From Chrysemys picta bellii (taxonomy: Eukaryota), in contig NC_088802.1 in NCBI RefSeq assembly GCF_011386835.1, forward strand, positions 52,328,001-52,392,000: a DNA stretch of 64,000 nt. Direction: 5' to 3'. Shown piece by piece: positions 25,336 through 39,348 of the stretch. Position 1 is the first letter of the stretch; every line of letters begins with the position of its first letter. The position numbers and the translations under genes were made by a program. A model generated the notes under the pieces. The model had not been told where the DNA came from, ran no database searches, and saw only the letters and a program-made list of their open reading frames with translations.

Positions 25336-27517
25336 TTAATCAACAATATATGCACAGCATCTATTTTCAAAAGTTCACGATCAGAGTTTATAGATCATAG
25401 AATATCGTAGAAGATCAGGGTTGGAAGGGACCTCAGGAGATATGTAAAGCATCTGCAATGTTTTTACAGTGATCAGGAGGGAAAGGAAAAAAAGAGACAG
25501 AAAATAAAGATTGTGGCCAGATCATGGAAACTGTTAAAGTTTCACACCACATAATGTCTTCTTAATAACGCACACAGATATTACAGTATGAAAGATACCT
25601 GCTGTTAAGTTCTTTTGATGACTCACACTGGAGAACAGTTGCACTTAGGCTTAGGAATGTAGGATTTCCTTGTAAAAAATTACTGGTTGGGTTTTAGAAC
25701 AGATGTTATTATTACCAGTGACAGTCCGAGGAAACTTCAGTGACATGCAGAGAAGTATAGCACACACAGTAGTAGTGTCCAGTGGTGCAAGCAGCGGAAG
25801 TCAATGCATCTGAGCCCTGACCTGGATGGACTTTGCTGAGTAGAGAGGTTAAATTAGTCTCCACACCCATTAGGGCTATGTTGTAGCTGTGTAAAGACCT
25901 AGCCCATGATGGGTTGAGTGACGATGTTCTCCACAGCCGTGGAAGTCCCCAGAGGCATATACTGGTTGAATTAGCCAGAATGCCTCTAGAGGTGCTGTGG
26001 GAAAATAAGCCAGAGTGGGAAAGCAGTGCTTTGTACTGCATAGGATTCCTTTTGCACTAACTCAGCGTTTCTGGCTGGTATGGTAGGACTATGATAGCAT
26101 GGTCCCAACTCCCTTTGGGAAGTGTAGAGCTAGCAGGAATGCTTTGGTTCAGAGTTCAGTTGCCCTGCAAAAAAACAGTTGTAGGGGGCACAGGTAGGCC
26201 GTGGAGTTTTTATCGGATGTTGGGGGGCGGAGGGGCTCAGAAAGAAAAAGGTTGAGAACTCTGCTCTGAAGCATCTGGTGTCAGCCATGTCAGAAGCAAG
26301 CCATTGGGCTAGCTGTAACTTGGGTCTGATCTAGGCTGGGAAATCCTATGGTCCTATGTTACTGTCTGTCCGTTTGAGGAGGTTTATCCAGCTTGTCCTT
26401 CCTGAATGAGGAACAAAGTTAAGGTGAAGCATAATTGATAACGTGCGTCCTTAAGTTAGGAGGGCGGATCGATAGAGATGCTTTTAGCTCACACCTGAGG
26501 AAACTGAAGGTTACAAACTGTGAGCAAAGTGGGCTGAAATGACCAGGAGGCTGAAGAATCAGTCTGACCCAAAGTTTGGCTTATGTCTGGTTCTAGACAA
26601 CCAATGTATTGGTTCTCTTAGGTGAGTAGAAAGGAGACTGGCAATGGAGGACCCATATACAGAAATCAGTTCATTTCTGCTGGAAGAGGTGTGTGTGTGG
26701 GGGGGGAGGGGTTGTTGTTGACTCCCCGGTGTGTCACAAGGCTCTGCTTTTAGAGGCCCCCAAGAGCCCAGAAGACAAGGTGAGCTGAGAAAGGAGCAAA
26801 TATACAGATCCACCAAGCAGCCTCCCCATTTCCCAGTGTGTCCCCACATACTGAAGACATAGCTACAGCCCTGTTGCGGCAGCAGCAGCTGTCAAGTGGC
26901 TACGTTGCTGTTCTGAAGCCTGTTAGAGTGGGAGGGTCGGGGTCATCCCCTCACCTTCTCTGGGGCACCCTGTGCTCATTAAGCCTGGCTGGATGGGGTT
27001 GGAATGGGGGTGGGGAGAGTATTTCCCGCAAAGACAATAGAGCTCTTTGTTTATCACACACTCAGAAGGGCTGGAAGGTAACATACAATGTCTTTCCTGA
27101 CGGATGTGCTCTCTAAGAAGCAGGGGATTTCCTTTCCTCCCCCTTTGTTTACGGTTTGCGCTTCGGCTACCAAGGCCTCCCTCGTTTAAACAACCTGTCT
27201 CTTGCATCTGCCACATCACAAAGTCTGGGGGTGGGAGAAAGGGAGACAACACAGTTCTCAAATGCTGGAGCAGGGGTTCCCAAACTGTGGTCTGCAGAGC
27301 ACTCGCTGACAATCTGTGTGGAACAGACTGATCACCTGGGGCTGGCTCCTCCTCCTTGTTCCCAGCTACTAAACCTCATTAAAAGGCACTAAAAATACAT
27401 TGCACACTTTCCTCAGGGAACTCTTCCTTGTAGCGCTGTAAGGGCTGTATGAGATTGTGAAGGACTGGAGAGGTGAGCGGTATGATCACAAATCAAAGGG
27501 AACGTGTCCCCAAATAT

Positions 27518-27796
27518 CAGGGGTTCTCAACCTTTTTCTTTCTGATCCCACCCCCCATAGGCCCAGCTGTGCCACACCACCTGTTTTTATGCATATGAAA
27601 TCCAAGGCTAGCATTAAAGGGTAGCAAGCAAAGCTAGGTTGCTCAGGCTTCGGCGTCAGCCCTGGGTGGTGGGGGCTCAGGGTCCTGGGCTGTAGTCCCT
27701 TGCTGCAGGGCTTTGACTTTCTGCCCTGGGCCCTAGAGAGTCTAATGTCGGCCATGCTCACGGCCCCCTCGTAGGTTCCCTGGTTGAGAACCACTG
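27518..27796. mobile_element. hAT-Charlie-type MITE
   Basis: TIRs CAGGGGTTCTCAACC / GGTTGAGAACCACTG; 8-bp TSD CCAAATAT / CCAAAGAT. Confidence 0.85.
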
Positions 27797-28407
27797 CCAA
27801 AGATAATCCCTCCACTAAAATGCATCCCACAGGGTGACACGGTAGCACACGAGAGTTCTCCCATTTCCTCTTTGTGGCAATCTTGTCTCCTGGGTACTTC
27901 CAGCTGCTGTCATCACCCACTGACGCATCCACCAGTGGGGGTGGTGACCCAGTGACAGGCCAAGAGAGTTTATTTCGTATATGGTGCTTTTCAGAGTGTT
28001 ACTAGAAGCTTTCCTGTCTGAGGCAGAGGAGAAAGGCGAGCAGAAGAAGAGAAAGCTGCAGTTTACCCATCAGAAAGACATTCCTGCTGGCTAATTACAA
28101 TGAGAGGAGGCTCCCTCCCTCCCCCCTTTTTCTCTGGCTTCTTTTATTCTGATGTCTCTTTTATGCTAGTTAGATACGGGCTGAGTTCCACTGGTTAAAT
28201 CAAGAGTGACTTTGCTGGAGCCAATGGAATTGCACTGATCTAAAAACAGTGTGAATCCAATACGACAGCTGGTAGCACGTGGGCGGATCAATACACCAAC
28301 ATGGAGCCTCATTGAAGTCAGTGGGTTTCACTGCAGGTAGAGCTATTCATCTGTGTGCTGTCAGCTGCGGGATTGGGACCCTACGTACCATGGTGGTAGG
28401 TGCCTGA

Positions 28408-28694
28408 GGGCTTGTCTACATTACCCGCTGGATCGACGGACAGCGATCGATCCAGCAGGAGTCGATTTATCGCGTCTAGTCTAGATGCGATAAATTGACC
28501 GCTGAGCGCTCTCCCATCGACTCCGCTACTCCATCAGGGCTAGGTGCAGTCAACAGTAGAGCGTCAGCCGTTGACTTACCGCAGTGAAGACACAGTGAGT
28601 AGATCTAAGAACGTTGACTTCAGCTACGTTATTCATGTAGCTGAAGTTGAGTAACTTAGATCGATCCCTCCCACCCCCCCGTGTAGACCAGGCC
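28408..28694 (+). mobile_element. PIF/Harbinger-type MITE (turtle GTCTACAC family)
   Basis: TIRs GGGCTTGTCTACA / TGTAGACCAGGCC, 3-bp TSD TGA/TGA, internal hairpins. Confidence 0.85.
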
Positions 28695-30720
28695 TGAGAA
28701 ATGCCTTAGATCACTGATACTCAGACGGGTTCGCGAGCTGCAAGAGACTCTTTAATGTGTCTCCTGTGACTCTTTGAAGCACATGATATTAAAACACGGT
28801 GCGATTTAATTATTAACCCATCCAACTAATTAACCAGTCAGGATGCGTTGCCTATGTTATTAACCAATTAAATTATCAACTTGCACAAAGTTATTAACTT
28901 ATTTGCTGTGAGAATAATAATAAATATTTCCCCTGTCCTACTGTTTAAATATGAATAGTACTATAGTAAATGAAACAATGAATTCACACGACCGTGACTC
29001 TTTTGGATAATGTTGATCGCTAATTTGGCTCCTGAACCACTGAGATGTGAGTATCACTGCCTTAGATGGATAGGCCAAGTCCTTCACTTCTTTGCCTAGA
29101 CTTCCACATCTGTGAGATAGCAATAATAATAATAAATAATAATTATAATTAATAATAAGAAGAACTCCTTATTTCACAAGGGGGCTGGGAAGGTTCATTC
29201 ACTAATGTTTGAAAAGATGATTTGAGATTCTTCAGGGGAAGGGCAAATAAATTATCATCATCACCATCACCGCGCAATAGCAAGCCAGTACGTGCAGTCT
29301 ACAGCTCAGAAGAAATCCCACCATGAGAGACCTGTAGAGCCCAGTTCAGCAGAGTACTTAAGCATGTGTTCAGAAAAGCACTTCAGCATATGGTTAACCT
29401 AAAGCCTAATCTTAAGGTCCATTGAAGACAATGAAGTTAAAGTTAAGCTCATGCTTAAGGGCTTTGATGATTCAGGGTCTAAGGAAACATTTTTGGCAAT
29501 GGAACATATACATCTTCGTTCAAGTTTCCAGTGCCTTATTCTGCAATAATAGCAATGGGTAAATACAGAAAAACAAAGACCAATCCTCTGCTGGTTGCCT
29601 TTCAAACTTGGGCACCGGCTTGATCTGATTATTCTTTTCTCCCCTCTTTCAAACACACAAGTAGGCCTTGCTGGCTGGCAGGAAGGAATCACATACCATA
29701 GCCCAAAAGACCAAGGTGTAGCTCCACACAAAGAACTGTTCATCTTTTATTTCCATCCTGCTATTAATACAAGTCTCATTTCTAAGCCAGTTAAGAGAAA
29801 GATTGCTTTAAGAGTGCAGACAGGAGAGACTAGGTTTCAGCTACTCAATTGTTATTTGTGGTGACTTGCTGGACAGAAGAATTGGAACAGTGGGACGATT
29901 CTCAGCCTTTCATTTCCTGTGGTAGGATTCAACCATTTGATTTTTTTCTTTTCCCTTTCATGTCAGCATGATGCGGGTAACACTAGTCAGAAAAGAACTA
30001 AGAGCAACAGTCCACAGATGGGAAAATAAATCAGGCATAGGGAATATCAATGAACACCCATTTAGAGAAGGTTTTCCCCCTGCCCCCAAGCAAAGCAAAG
30101 ACAGAAATACAGTGGTGCCATTTGAAATGAAGGGCTAACATTGTTAAAAGTGTTCTGTATTACCAAATCTGAAAATTTTGCCAAAAATATTTTGGATGAA
30201 ATATTTTCTCTGGCTCTAACCATCAGCAAATGGTGTACATACCTAAGACCATTGATTCAGTACTGATAAAGCGAGAAGTGTGCCATTTCTGTACTGATCT
30301 CATGTCATGGGGCATGGCTTGTTCTGTAAAGTGTCCATCCAAGTAAGAGACCAGACTTGACCCTACTTTACTTATGTGATCTAATGAAACATAGCCCAAG
30401 TGAAGACAAACATGGTAAAAGAACAAATCTCATAAAACCACAGTGCTGTCTCACCCTACATCAAAAACAGTGATGGGAGAACTCAGGAAGTTCAGATGTT
30501 CAGTTCAGAGCCTCAACCAGCAGTCTGGATATTAACCCAAATCTTTTTGCGGTTTGCAAAACTGGATGGAACTTTTGCCAGGAAAAGTCTCTGCTGAGAT
30601 TTCCAGTGCTTCCTATTCTTGATTAGATTGGGAGTATCACAAGAACAGCTTTTCTGGTGGTATTTTGTCATGTCCACTTTCTGTTCCCACTTGGAAATAT
30701 GGTGGCCCACACAAAAATGG

Positions 30721-30770
30721 ACTCTCTCTTTCTCTCTCTCTCTTTCTCTCTCTCTCTCTCACACACACAC
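30721..30770 (+). repeat. Compound (CT)n(CA)n microsatellite
   Basis: Read directly. Confidence 0.85.
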
Positions 30771-31871
30771 AGCTGCAAACAATTTCAGAGTGACTTTAAT
30801 TTATCAGATTGCAGAAAGGTGTGGTTCAGATTTTGTATGATGGTGGATCAATGTTTAGGTTGTGCAAATCGAGTTTAAAAGAGAAAATGTTGGTGTGAGA
30901 AGGCTTAGGGTTGAAAATCAGCTGTCACAATCAAGAGTGGAATCAAAATCCTTTGGACAGCCAGCGGAATGTGGCCCTACCTGTCTGACAATATGTCGGG
31001 GCGGGGGGACAAACCAAAACAGCGCAATGGCAATTATCTGTGATTTACGGCCAGTATGCCTTTAAATCGACCCTGTTCCTGCAGATTCGTCCCCTTGTGG
31101 CAATCATTAAAATGAAAGTTACATGAAATGTGTGTAGTGGAAATATGGTAAAACATTGTTATTCATTCTGTTTTTCAAATCGAGCTGGGATACTGTATGG
31201 CTCGGCATGTTGTTAACAAGATCCTCCCAGAGGGTGAAATTCCACCTCTCTGCACAAAACCCAAACGAATGCACTTTGTGCTAAGAACAAGGCATGGTGC
31301 TGGGAACGAAGGCCCAGATTTTTAAAGGTATTTAAGCATTGCTGTGCACAGTGTTCCAACACCTAATTGATTTAGGGGCTTAGATTCCATATTCAAAAGG
31401 GATTTAGGAGCCAAAATTAAGCTAATTTAGGAGCCAAAATGAGATTTAGGTTCCTACATCGGTTAGGCACTGTAATGCTGAGCACTGCAATGCCTAAATG
31501 CCTTTAAAAATCTGTGTCTAAGGGCTTAATTCTGCAAGGTGCTGAGCACTCCAGCCACAGTGCAGTGAAGCCTTAAGTACATGCTTAACTTTAAACATTT
31601 GAGTAGCTCCCACTGATTTCAAGGGGACTGCTTTCATCTGCTAAGTTAATCATACGTGTAAGGACTTTGCTGGATCAGGAACAGAGTGCTCAGAACCACT
31701 GCAGGATTGAACCCTAAACCGATGATGGGGAGAGAAAAGAATCTAACTTCTAACCCATGGGCAGGGAATAGGATGGCTTTTCATCCCCTGCAGCCATTGT
31801 TCCAGTTCCTTAAGCAGGGTCTGGAGAATGTGTGATTGTGGAACTAGTCGCGATGTCCTCTCCTTTTTGCT

Positions 31872-32152
31872 GGCCAGAAGTATAACTGGGTTAAAAAAAG
31901 AACTGGGTACGTTCATGGAGGATACGTCCATTAATGGCTATTAGCCAAGAAGATCAGTGATACAACCCCATGCTTGGGGCGACCTGAAATCTCTACCAGA
32001 AGCTGGGAGTGGAAGACAGGGTTGGATCACTTCATAATTGCCCTGTTCTGTATGCTGCTCCTGAAGCTTTGGTATGGGTCACTGTCGGAGACACCATATT
32101 GGACAAGATGGACCATGGTCTCACCCAATGTGGCAGCTCTTATGTTCTTATG
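31872..32152 (+). mobile_element. CR1 3' end (ORF2 C-terminus plus 3'UTR)
   Basis: ataactgggttaaaaaaagaactgg..ttcatggaggatacgtccattaatggctattagcc...tail TCTTATGTTCTTATG. Confidence 0.85.
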
Positions 32153-35090
32153 AGGCATGGTGACAGTACAGAGCCCTACTCCATTGTATGCAAGGACTGT
32201 AGGGCTCTGTCTACCTCATGATACCCTGTTCTATCTACCAAAGAGATTTACAGAAAATCCATCATCACAGAATGAAATCCTGGCACCACCAAAGTCAATG
32301 GGAGTTGTGCCATTGATTTAAATGAACCCATGGCATCTAAGTGCGTCGCACATCTGTCTTCTCCCTATGCCACATTTCCACTGTCTTGGGATCTGTCTAC
32401 AGTCCCTTCACCAGACATGTAACAATATTGGGGATGGGCTCACTCCAGAGCACTGAGATTCAAACCATATCAATTCTGGAGGAGGTATACATACAGAACA
32501 GCTTTCAGATCTGCACATGGTGGCTTGACCCAACTGTAAATATCAATTATCATCTTTTTTATCCCACAAGATACCCAAACAAAATAAATGCAGCTATTTC
32601 TAGGGTGAAGTACACGATACACAAGAATGGGGGAAGGAATTTTTTTTGCCTAAGAACAGTAGGGAAAACTCTATTCTCTTTTAAAAAAAACCCTCTCAAT
32701 ATACCAATACAAACCAGGCAGCAGGGGCTTTGGGGTCCTTGTGGAGAAATTAGGTCTTCAGTTGTATCTACCCCAGAAGCACAAAAGGCTGAACTTGCCT
32801 CTTCTGGGATTTGAACCTGTGAAGTTAGGGAGCTAGGTATTCCAAACAACAGCATCTGAATTGAGTAAAGAGTAGCATGAGTGGGCCCTTTTAGATCACT
32901 TATTGTCCAATATACCCTGCAATCTTCTAGAAGAAACTTTTATTTTAGGCAGATGGAGCTGTCTTCCTTTTTCATTTTGGCTTGATCTAAAAAACAGAAC
33001 CTCCCCTAAGCATAGGTCCCTGGCATGCATTTCCCTTTCATTGTTGATATGAGGCTCCCACTACAATAAAGTTTCAAGCTAGTAGCAACAGATGGTGTTC
33101 CTCTCCTTGGGATCAAGATGCTTTTAAGAAGAACAACAGACAGTCCAATAACCCAACCTGTTTCTGTCTTCCTCTGTGGGAAATGGGTTTTGAGTTTTGC
33201 AAGGGTGTTCATAAACAGCCATGGGTGTGTGAGGAGGAGAATGACCTCAGAGCCGAGCTTTACACTGAAGAACAAAGAGATCGGAACTCCTGATTTTGAA
33301 AAACACCCAAGGACCAAATTAATGCCATAATGTCATAAGTGTCAACACACGTCACAATGTTATTTGATTCCACTTGTTGTCACTTCTGCTTTGACACACC
33401 AAATTCCTCTGCTAATTGCTACGCAGCTGTCAAGCTTTTTAAACCATGTTTGTGTCAACAATTAGTTCCAAGATAACTTCATCCCTCTAGTATTCATGTG
33501 GGCTGAAGATTCATCCTTTCTTCTTTCCTCAGGATACCTTCTGACGTCATCATTCCCTGATTGTTTTTCCATTGTTACAGTGTTTCTGGCTCCCTTCCAA
33601 ACTGATTTCTAGTGTCCCATTATCTGTGTTTCCTGCACTAAACACTAACTACAATCAAATGACAGTTGCCCCTAAACTGAGGAATTTCAAACTCAGCAAA
33701 CCCTTTGCTATCTCAGCTTGCTTCTTCACATCCTTGACAGGTTCCATTCCTTAGAAACTTAAAACTCTTTTCATTGTGGAATGAATGCAAACTAGAGCTG
33801 CACAAAATGTTCCTAATAAACCTTGTTACCACTCAGAACCAGGGTCTGAGCTTTGCTAAGCCTTGAAACCGGTCTCAGGGGTAATGAAAGGTTCACTAAA
33901 TACTTCATTAATATTTTGAGTGACCGTGGGCTGATTTAAGGCTTTGTGTCAAACCCACGTGAAACTTAGGAGTTTCTCTTTGGCTTTTGGGATTTGTTGA
34001 AATACCAAAGTCTAAGGAAACCTCTAGGTGCACATAGATTGAAAGCAAATAAAATACAGATAGGGGAACTAAGAGAGATCAATGATAAAGCTTCCCACTA
34101 TCACTGTTTGGCTGCAACTCGCATTGATTTCCATTGACGTCGAAATTTTTGTCCGCTATTCATTCAGCTCTGGTCTAATCTTAAATAGAGCTTAGCTATA
34201 TTCAAAATACATTAAAACTAAGACTGTTAGAAGTTGAAATGATGTAGAGGCCAGAACAATAACGCAACGGCATGCTATAGCCACTTGTGACGACACACTG
34301 AAAAGTTAATCTGTACTAGGCTAAACAGTGATAGATTAACTTTTATTGGTCAACTGTACCTATAAGGAAAACAAGAGAAGCTGTTTCCCAAAACATTCCT
34401 GAGCAGTTGCTTTGGCAATAAAAAACAACCTTACTGAAGTTTCTACCGATTTTCTCACAAGTGTTGACATTTCTAATGTAACAGTATTTTTATTTGAAGT
34501 ATTTTAGTTAACGTCTCGATAAGATCTGTTCCCTTTGCTATGTTTGCCTTTGAAGAATGAAATGAGAAAAGCATGGCTGTTTGAACAGATTAATGGCTAA
34601 CATCTCAAAATTAGCAGAGCCTCCCGTCTGTAGCTCACTGACAAAACTGCTAAGTGAAACTCCTCCAAGCAAAGATTAACCCTGGGGTCATACAGCTTGG
34701 GCACAAAAAGAGGCATATCCAGGATCTATTTAATAACCAGCCCCCCAGGCACACACACAATCTCTCACTTTTATTTTTAAAGGCAGCATTGACTTGCTCT
34801 TTGGAAATAGGCATGGTCTCTTTTGGAAACAACTAGTTATTTTGGACAGAAAATAACATCTTCATTTTCACAGACACAGCTGCTTGATACGCTGCTTCAC
34901 TGGCCTCAGTATGATTGGGCAGGGAGACAGGACGGCTGAATGATTCACTGCAAGACCTTCAGCAAGTATTTAACCTCTTTGGCCCCAGTTTGGGAAAGCA
35001 TTTAAGTATGTGCTTCAGTCCATCGTTATGATGTGCTTAAAGATAAGCACATGCTTAGGTGCTTTTCTTGAATTAGTGCCCAGTGTCTTA

Positions 35091-35393
35091 GCCCTGGTCT
35101 ACACTGGAGGTTGGGGAGTGGGTCAATCAGAGTTACGCAACTTCAGCTTCGTGAATAACGGAGCTGAAGTTTATGTACTTAGATCGACTTACCGTGGTGT
35201 CTTCACCGCAGTGAGTTGACTACTGCCGCTCCCCCGTTGACTCTTCCTGCGCCTCTCACCGAACCGGAATACAGGAGTCGATGGTAGAGCACTCGGAGGT
35301 CGATTTATCGCGTCTAGGCCAGACTAGACGATAAATCGATCCCCGCTGGATCGATTGCTGCCCGCCAATCCGGCGGGTAGTGTAGACATATCC
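35091..35393 (-). mobile_element. PIF/Harbinger-type MITE, inverted relative to the 28408 copy
   Basis: TIRs GCCCTGGTCTACACT / AGTGTAGACATATCC, TSD TTA/TTA. Confidence 0.85.
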
Positions 35394-36173
35394 TTAGTTC
35401 ACTCATCTTCCTCACCCCACTGTATTATTTATGTGCCCTACATGCGGCTACACCCCTCCAAACCGTTGAGGAAAAAAACCGCTGGTGCAGAAGGCCTGCT
35501 TACTGAGTGGACCACTGCGATAGGAGCACATGACATCAGTGCTCCGGCATCTGCGCTGGATGCCTGTTTGGCTCAGAGAGAGAGGGGATCCCTCAGTCCC
35601 AGGCCTTTTACAGCTTTATAGGTCACAACACACCGTAAACTGTGAGCCCTAGTGCCACAGCGGTGGTCACAAGAGCTACCCGAGTTGGATCCTCCTTATT
35701 ACAAAAGAGAGGGGGCATCTGGCCCAGTGTTCCCTGTGAGGGCTCCAACATGCTGGAACTTGCTCCCCCTCCATGGGCTGAAATAGCCTGAATTGGGTTG
35801 GCTTTTGAGGCATGCTGCAGAAGACATCTTTTTACAGAGCTTCTGGAGAAGGCTGAAAGTATGCTTCTCAGATGATGACTAGCTGGCTGAAGACCCGTGG
35901 AACTGATGATCTTAAATCTCTGGAGATTTAATTTAATGCTATTAATTGTGTAATTAATGATGTCAGGACACCGAGAGCCTTAGATAGGCATCTATATAAA
36001 TCAATAAAGATTCTGTGACTGGATATTATCCTTGGTTTTGCAATATAACTGTTGCCAATGCATGTAATTTTTTTCTTGTCTGGGTGGACAGTGCTTTCAA
36101 TCCTTCCCACCCTAACCATGTTTAGAGAACTGTATTTAAACCCTGGAAGATAATTAAAACTGTAGGTTTCTAA

Positions 36174-36369
36174 GGTTATGTCTACACAGGGATAAAACAC
36201 CTGCGGCTGGCCCAGGTCGGCTGACTCGGGCACTCAGAGATCAGGCTCTGGGGCTGAAAAATCGCTGTGTAGACTGTACACCGTGATTTTTAGCCTCCTA
36301 GCCTGAGTCAGCTGATTCAGACCAACCGCTGCCATGCTGCAGGTCTTTTATCTCTGCGTAGATGTAACT
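36174..36369. mobile_element. PIF/Harbinger-type MITE, different subfamily
   Basis: TAA|GGTTATGTCTACACAGGGATAAA ... TTTATCTCTGCGTAGATGTAAC inverted termini. Confidence 0.65.
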
Positions 36370-37174
36370 GGATACAGTTATCATATGTCTCTCTTGTTTT
36401 GCTTTTTAAATCCACAGAGGCAATAAAACAGCTCATGTTATTGCAGGGTTTGTCCACATCCCTCTTTACACATAGTTATTTTTATAGTGTGGGCAAGGCC
36501 TGCAGTTAAGTATTCAAGGAAATATTACTGCTGGTGTGAAGCAGGCTTGCGAATTACACTGTTGGAAGAAAATGTAACAAGCTATGCACTGGAGGAACAA
36601 CAGTCGTGTTTACTTTACCAATCTGTCAAGCATACAAGGAGTGTTACCAACTTAGCACCAACGTATCACCTGTAGCTTAGGCTGCGTTACAGATAGACAC
36701 AACACTATCAACATCACTCCTGGTGGAAAATATTATGGCTGCACAAGATGGGAAACAAAGAGAACAGAAATCTAGATTAAACATGGAACCGTGACAGTGT
36801 TTGACCAGGATATTTATTCAGTGTATGATTTGGAACAAGCCTGCCCACTGAAAAATTCCCACCTCTCAGTCGCAATGTATTAGATGAACGATGCTTTGCG
36901 TCAACTTGTAATGAGGATTGATAGGGTCTGGCATGGGGGATGGACCACTGAATAGGTAACTGTTTGTAAGTCTTGTGCTCATATGATTGTATTTGTTAGT
37001 AAATTTGTGGGCTAGATTCTGGACAACCTGTTTATGGCATTGGCCAAAAATTATTTGTACAGCCTCCATGCTAGAAGGTAGAAGGTCCCTTTCAGAGCAG
37101 GGTTCTTTCTTGATGGTTGTTTTCCTGAGAACAAAAAGTCAAAATTGATTCTCTAATTTCCCTGTTGGATCTGG

Positions 37175-37992
37175 AACATAAGAATGGCCATACTGGATCA
37201 AACCAATGGTCTATCTAGCCCAACATCCTGTCTTCTGACAGCAGCCAATGCCAGTTGGTTCAGAGGCAATGAACAGAACAAGGCAATTTTTCAGTGATCC
37301 ATCCTCCATTATCCAGTCCCAGCTTCTGGTAGTCAGAGGTTTAGGGAGACCCAGAGCATGGGGTTGCATCCCTGACCCTTTTGGCTAATAGCCATTGATG
37401 GACCTACCCTCCATGAATTTATCTAATTCTTTATTGAACCCAGTCATACTTTTAACCTTCACAACATCCCCCAGCAATGAGTTCCACAAGTTGACTACAT
37501 GTTGTGTGAAGAAATACTTCTTTTTGTTTGTTTTAAACTTGCTGCCTATTAATGTCATTGAGTGATCCCTGGTTCTTTTGTTATGTGAAGGGGTAAATAA
37601 CACTTCCGTACTCACTTTCTCCACACCATTCATGATTTTATAGACCTCTATCTTATACCCTCTTAGTCGTCTCTTTTCCAAGCTGAACAGCCCCAGTCTT
37701 TTTAATCCCTCCTCATACGGGAGCTATTCCCTACCCTGATCATTTTTGTTGCCCTTCTCCGTAATTTTTCCAATTCAAATATATATTTTATGAGACGGGG
37801 CGTTCAGAACTGCATGAAGTATTCAAGCTGGATTTATATAGTGGCAGAATGATATTTCTTGTCTTATTATCCACCCCTTTCCTAATGGTTCCTAACATTG
37901 CGTTAGGTTTTTTGACTGCCGCTGCACATTGAGCAGATGTTTTCAGAGAACTATCCACCCTGACTCTTTCTCGAGTGGTAACAGCTAATTTA
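37175..37992 (-). mobile_element. 5'-truncated CR1 LINE (ORF2 C-terminus and 3'UTR) with an internal deletion
   Basis: Translations KLAVTT..DSSLKTSAQCAAAVKK.NAMLG.IRKG and [20 protein letters not shown]...[18 protein letters not shown]; tail ATTCTTATGTT. Confidence 0.92.
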
Positions 37993-39127
37993 CACACTGC
38001 TTGGATGACATAATTAGAGGTCTCCAATCAGCTCTTTGCTCAACCTGCAAGGCATTTTTATCCATTCCATAGATGCAGTGTCTCTTATTAAAAAAGCCCT
38101 ATAGAATTTAACGGAGAATGGTATTTTTTCTGTACAATGTTGAAACCACCCTACAGGAATCTGTAGCCAAGACATAATTTTCTGGTTGGTGTACACATTC
38201 TATAGAAGGGATTTCATTTTCTATAAATTTTGTGAACCACATTCTCAACTGGTGTAAATGGACATAGGTCCATTGAGGTCGATATGATTTTAATGTGTAG
38301 AACCCAATTAAGATTCTGTAGAACCTTATTGGTTCAATGTATTCAATTCTATTGGACTTCTCCATAAGAAGTGAAGTAAGAGAAACTGTTGTAAGTGAAC
38401 CTTTTTTTTTAAAAGTAAGAAATAGCTAGGAGAAGTTGGCATGAAATATTCTATGAAATACACCAAATGAGATGAGGATAATTGATGTTATATCAGAACA
38501 CATTGTTAAGTTTTTCCATTGTGAAAGTCTCTCTTTAAAATGCATGAGAGGAACTTTTGTTCCTAATTGGAAAGACAAAGTTCAGTGTCTCAAAGGAATG
38601 TGTGCTAGGGTGATGAAAGCTGCAACAGAGAGAGACAGAGAGTTCACTATCTATTGTGTCAACCTTCAGAGTTGATGTTGACATGAAGATATCCCAAAAG
38701 AGATGTCCAAAAGACAAGCTGAGATGCAGGACTAGGAGGAGGGAGACATTGTGAATGGAGAGGTAGATCTATGAGCCTCTGTTGCAGAGAAGGAAGTTAA
38801 AGCCAAAGGGTTTGAACATTCAGATGGATAAAAGAAAAGACAGCATTATTGTTAATGCTGACCTAAATGTTGGGAGAGATGTTAAATCTCGTGCTTCAGG
38901 AACTGAGCCAATCTATGACTCAAGGGATCAGCAGGAGACCTAATGGGGAGGGGGAGATTATCCCACATCTGCCCAATGCAGAGTTTCTTGCACCTTCCTC
39001 TGAAGTATCTGGTTCCGGCCACTGTCAGAGACAGGCTACTGGACTCAATGGATCTCACATCTGATCTGGTCTGGCAGTTCCTGTCTTCTGATGGGTGGAT
39101 GAAATTGCCCAGTGGGACGGTGTAAAG

Positions 39128-39348
39128 CAGTGGGTCTCAAACTTTTTTTTACTGGCGACCCTTTTCACATCGCAAGCCTCTGAGTGTGACCCCCCTAATA
39201 AACGAAACACCCTTTGAAATATATTTAACACCATTATAAATACTGGAGGCAAGCAGGGTTTGGAGTGGAGGTTGACAGCTCGTGACCCCCCCATGTAATG
39301 ACCTCACGACCCCCTGAGGGGTCCTGACCCCCAGTTTGAGAACCCCTA
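39128..39348. mobile_element. hAT-Charlie-type MITE
   Basis: TIRs CAGTGGGTCTCAAAC / GTTTGAGAACCCCTA; perfect 8-bp TSD GTGTAAAG. Confidence 0.9.

Noticed and set aside
27486-27932. 148-aa minus-strand ORF
   Set aside because: Runs through a GC-rich hAT MITE and has no transposase motifs.
30984-30998. GACAnnnTGTC, possible glucocorticoid/mineralocorticoid response element
   Set aside because: The outer G and C of GnACAnnnTGTnC are both missing.
32341-32814. 157-aa ORF
   Set aside because: Starts at GTG, has no recognisable domain and spans unrelated AT-rich and MITE-like sequence; consistent with chance.
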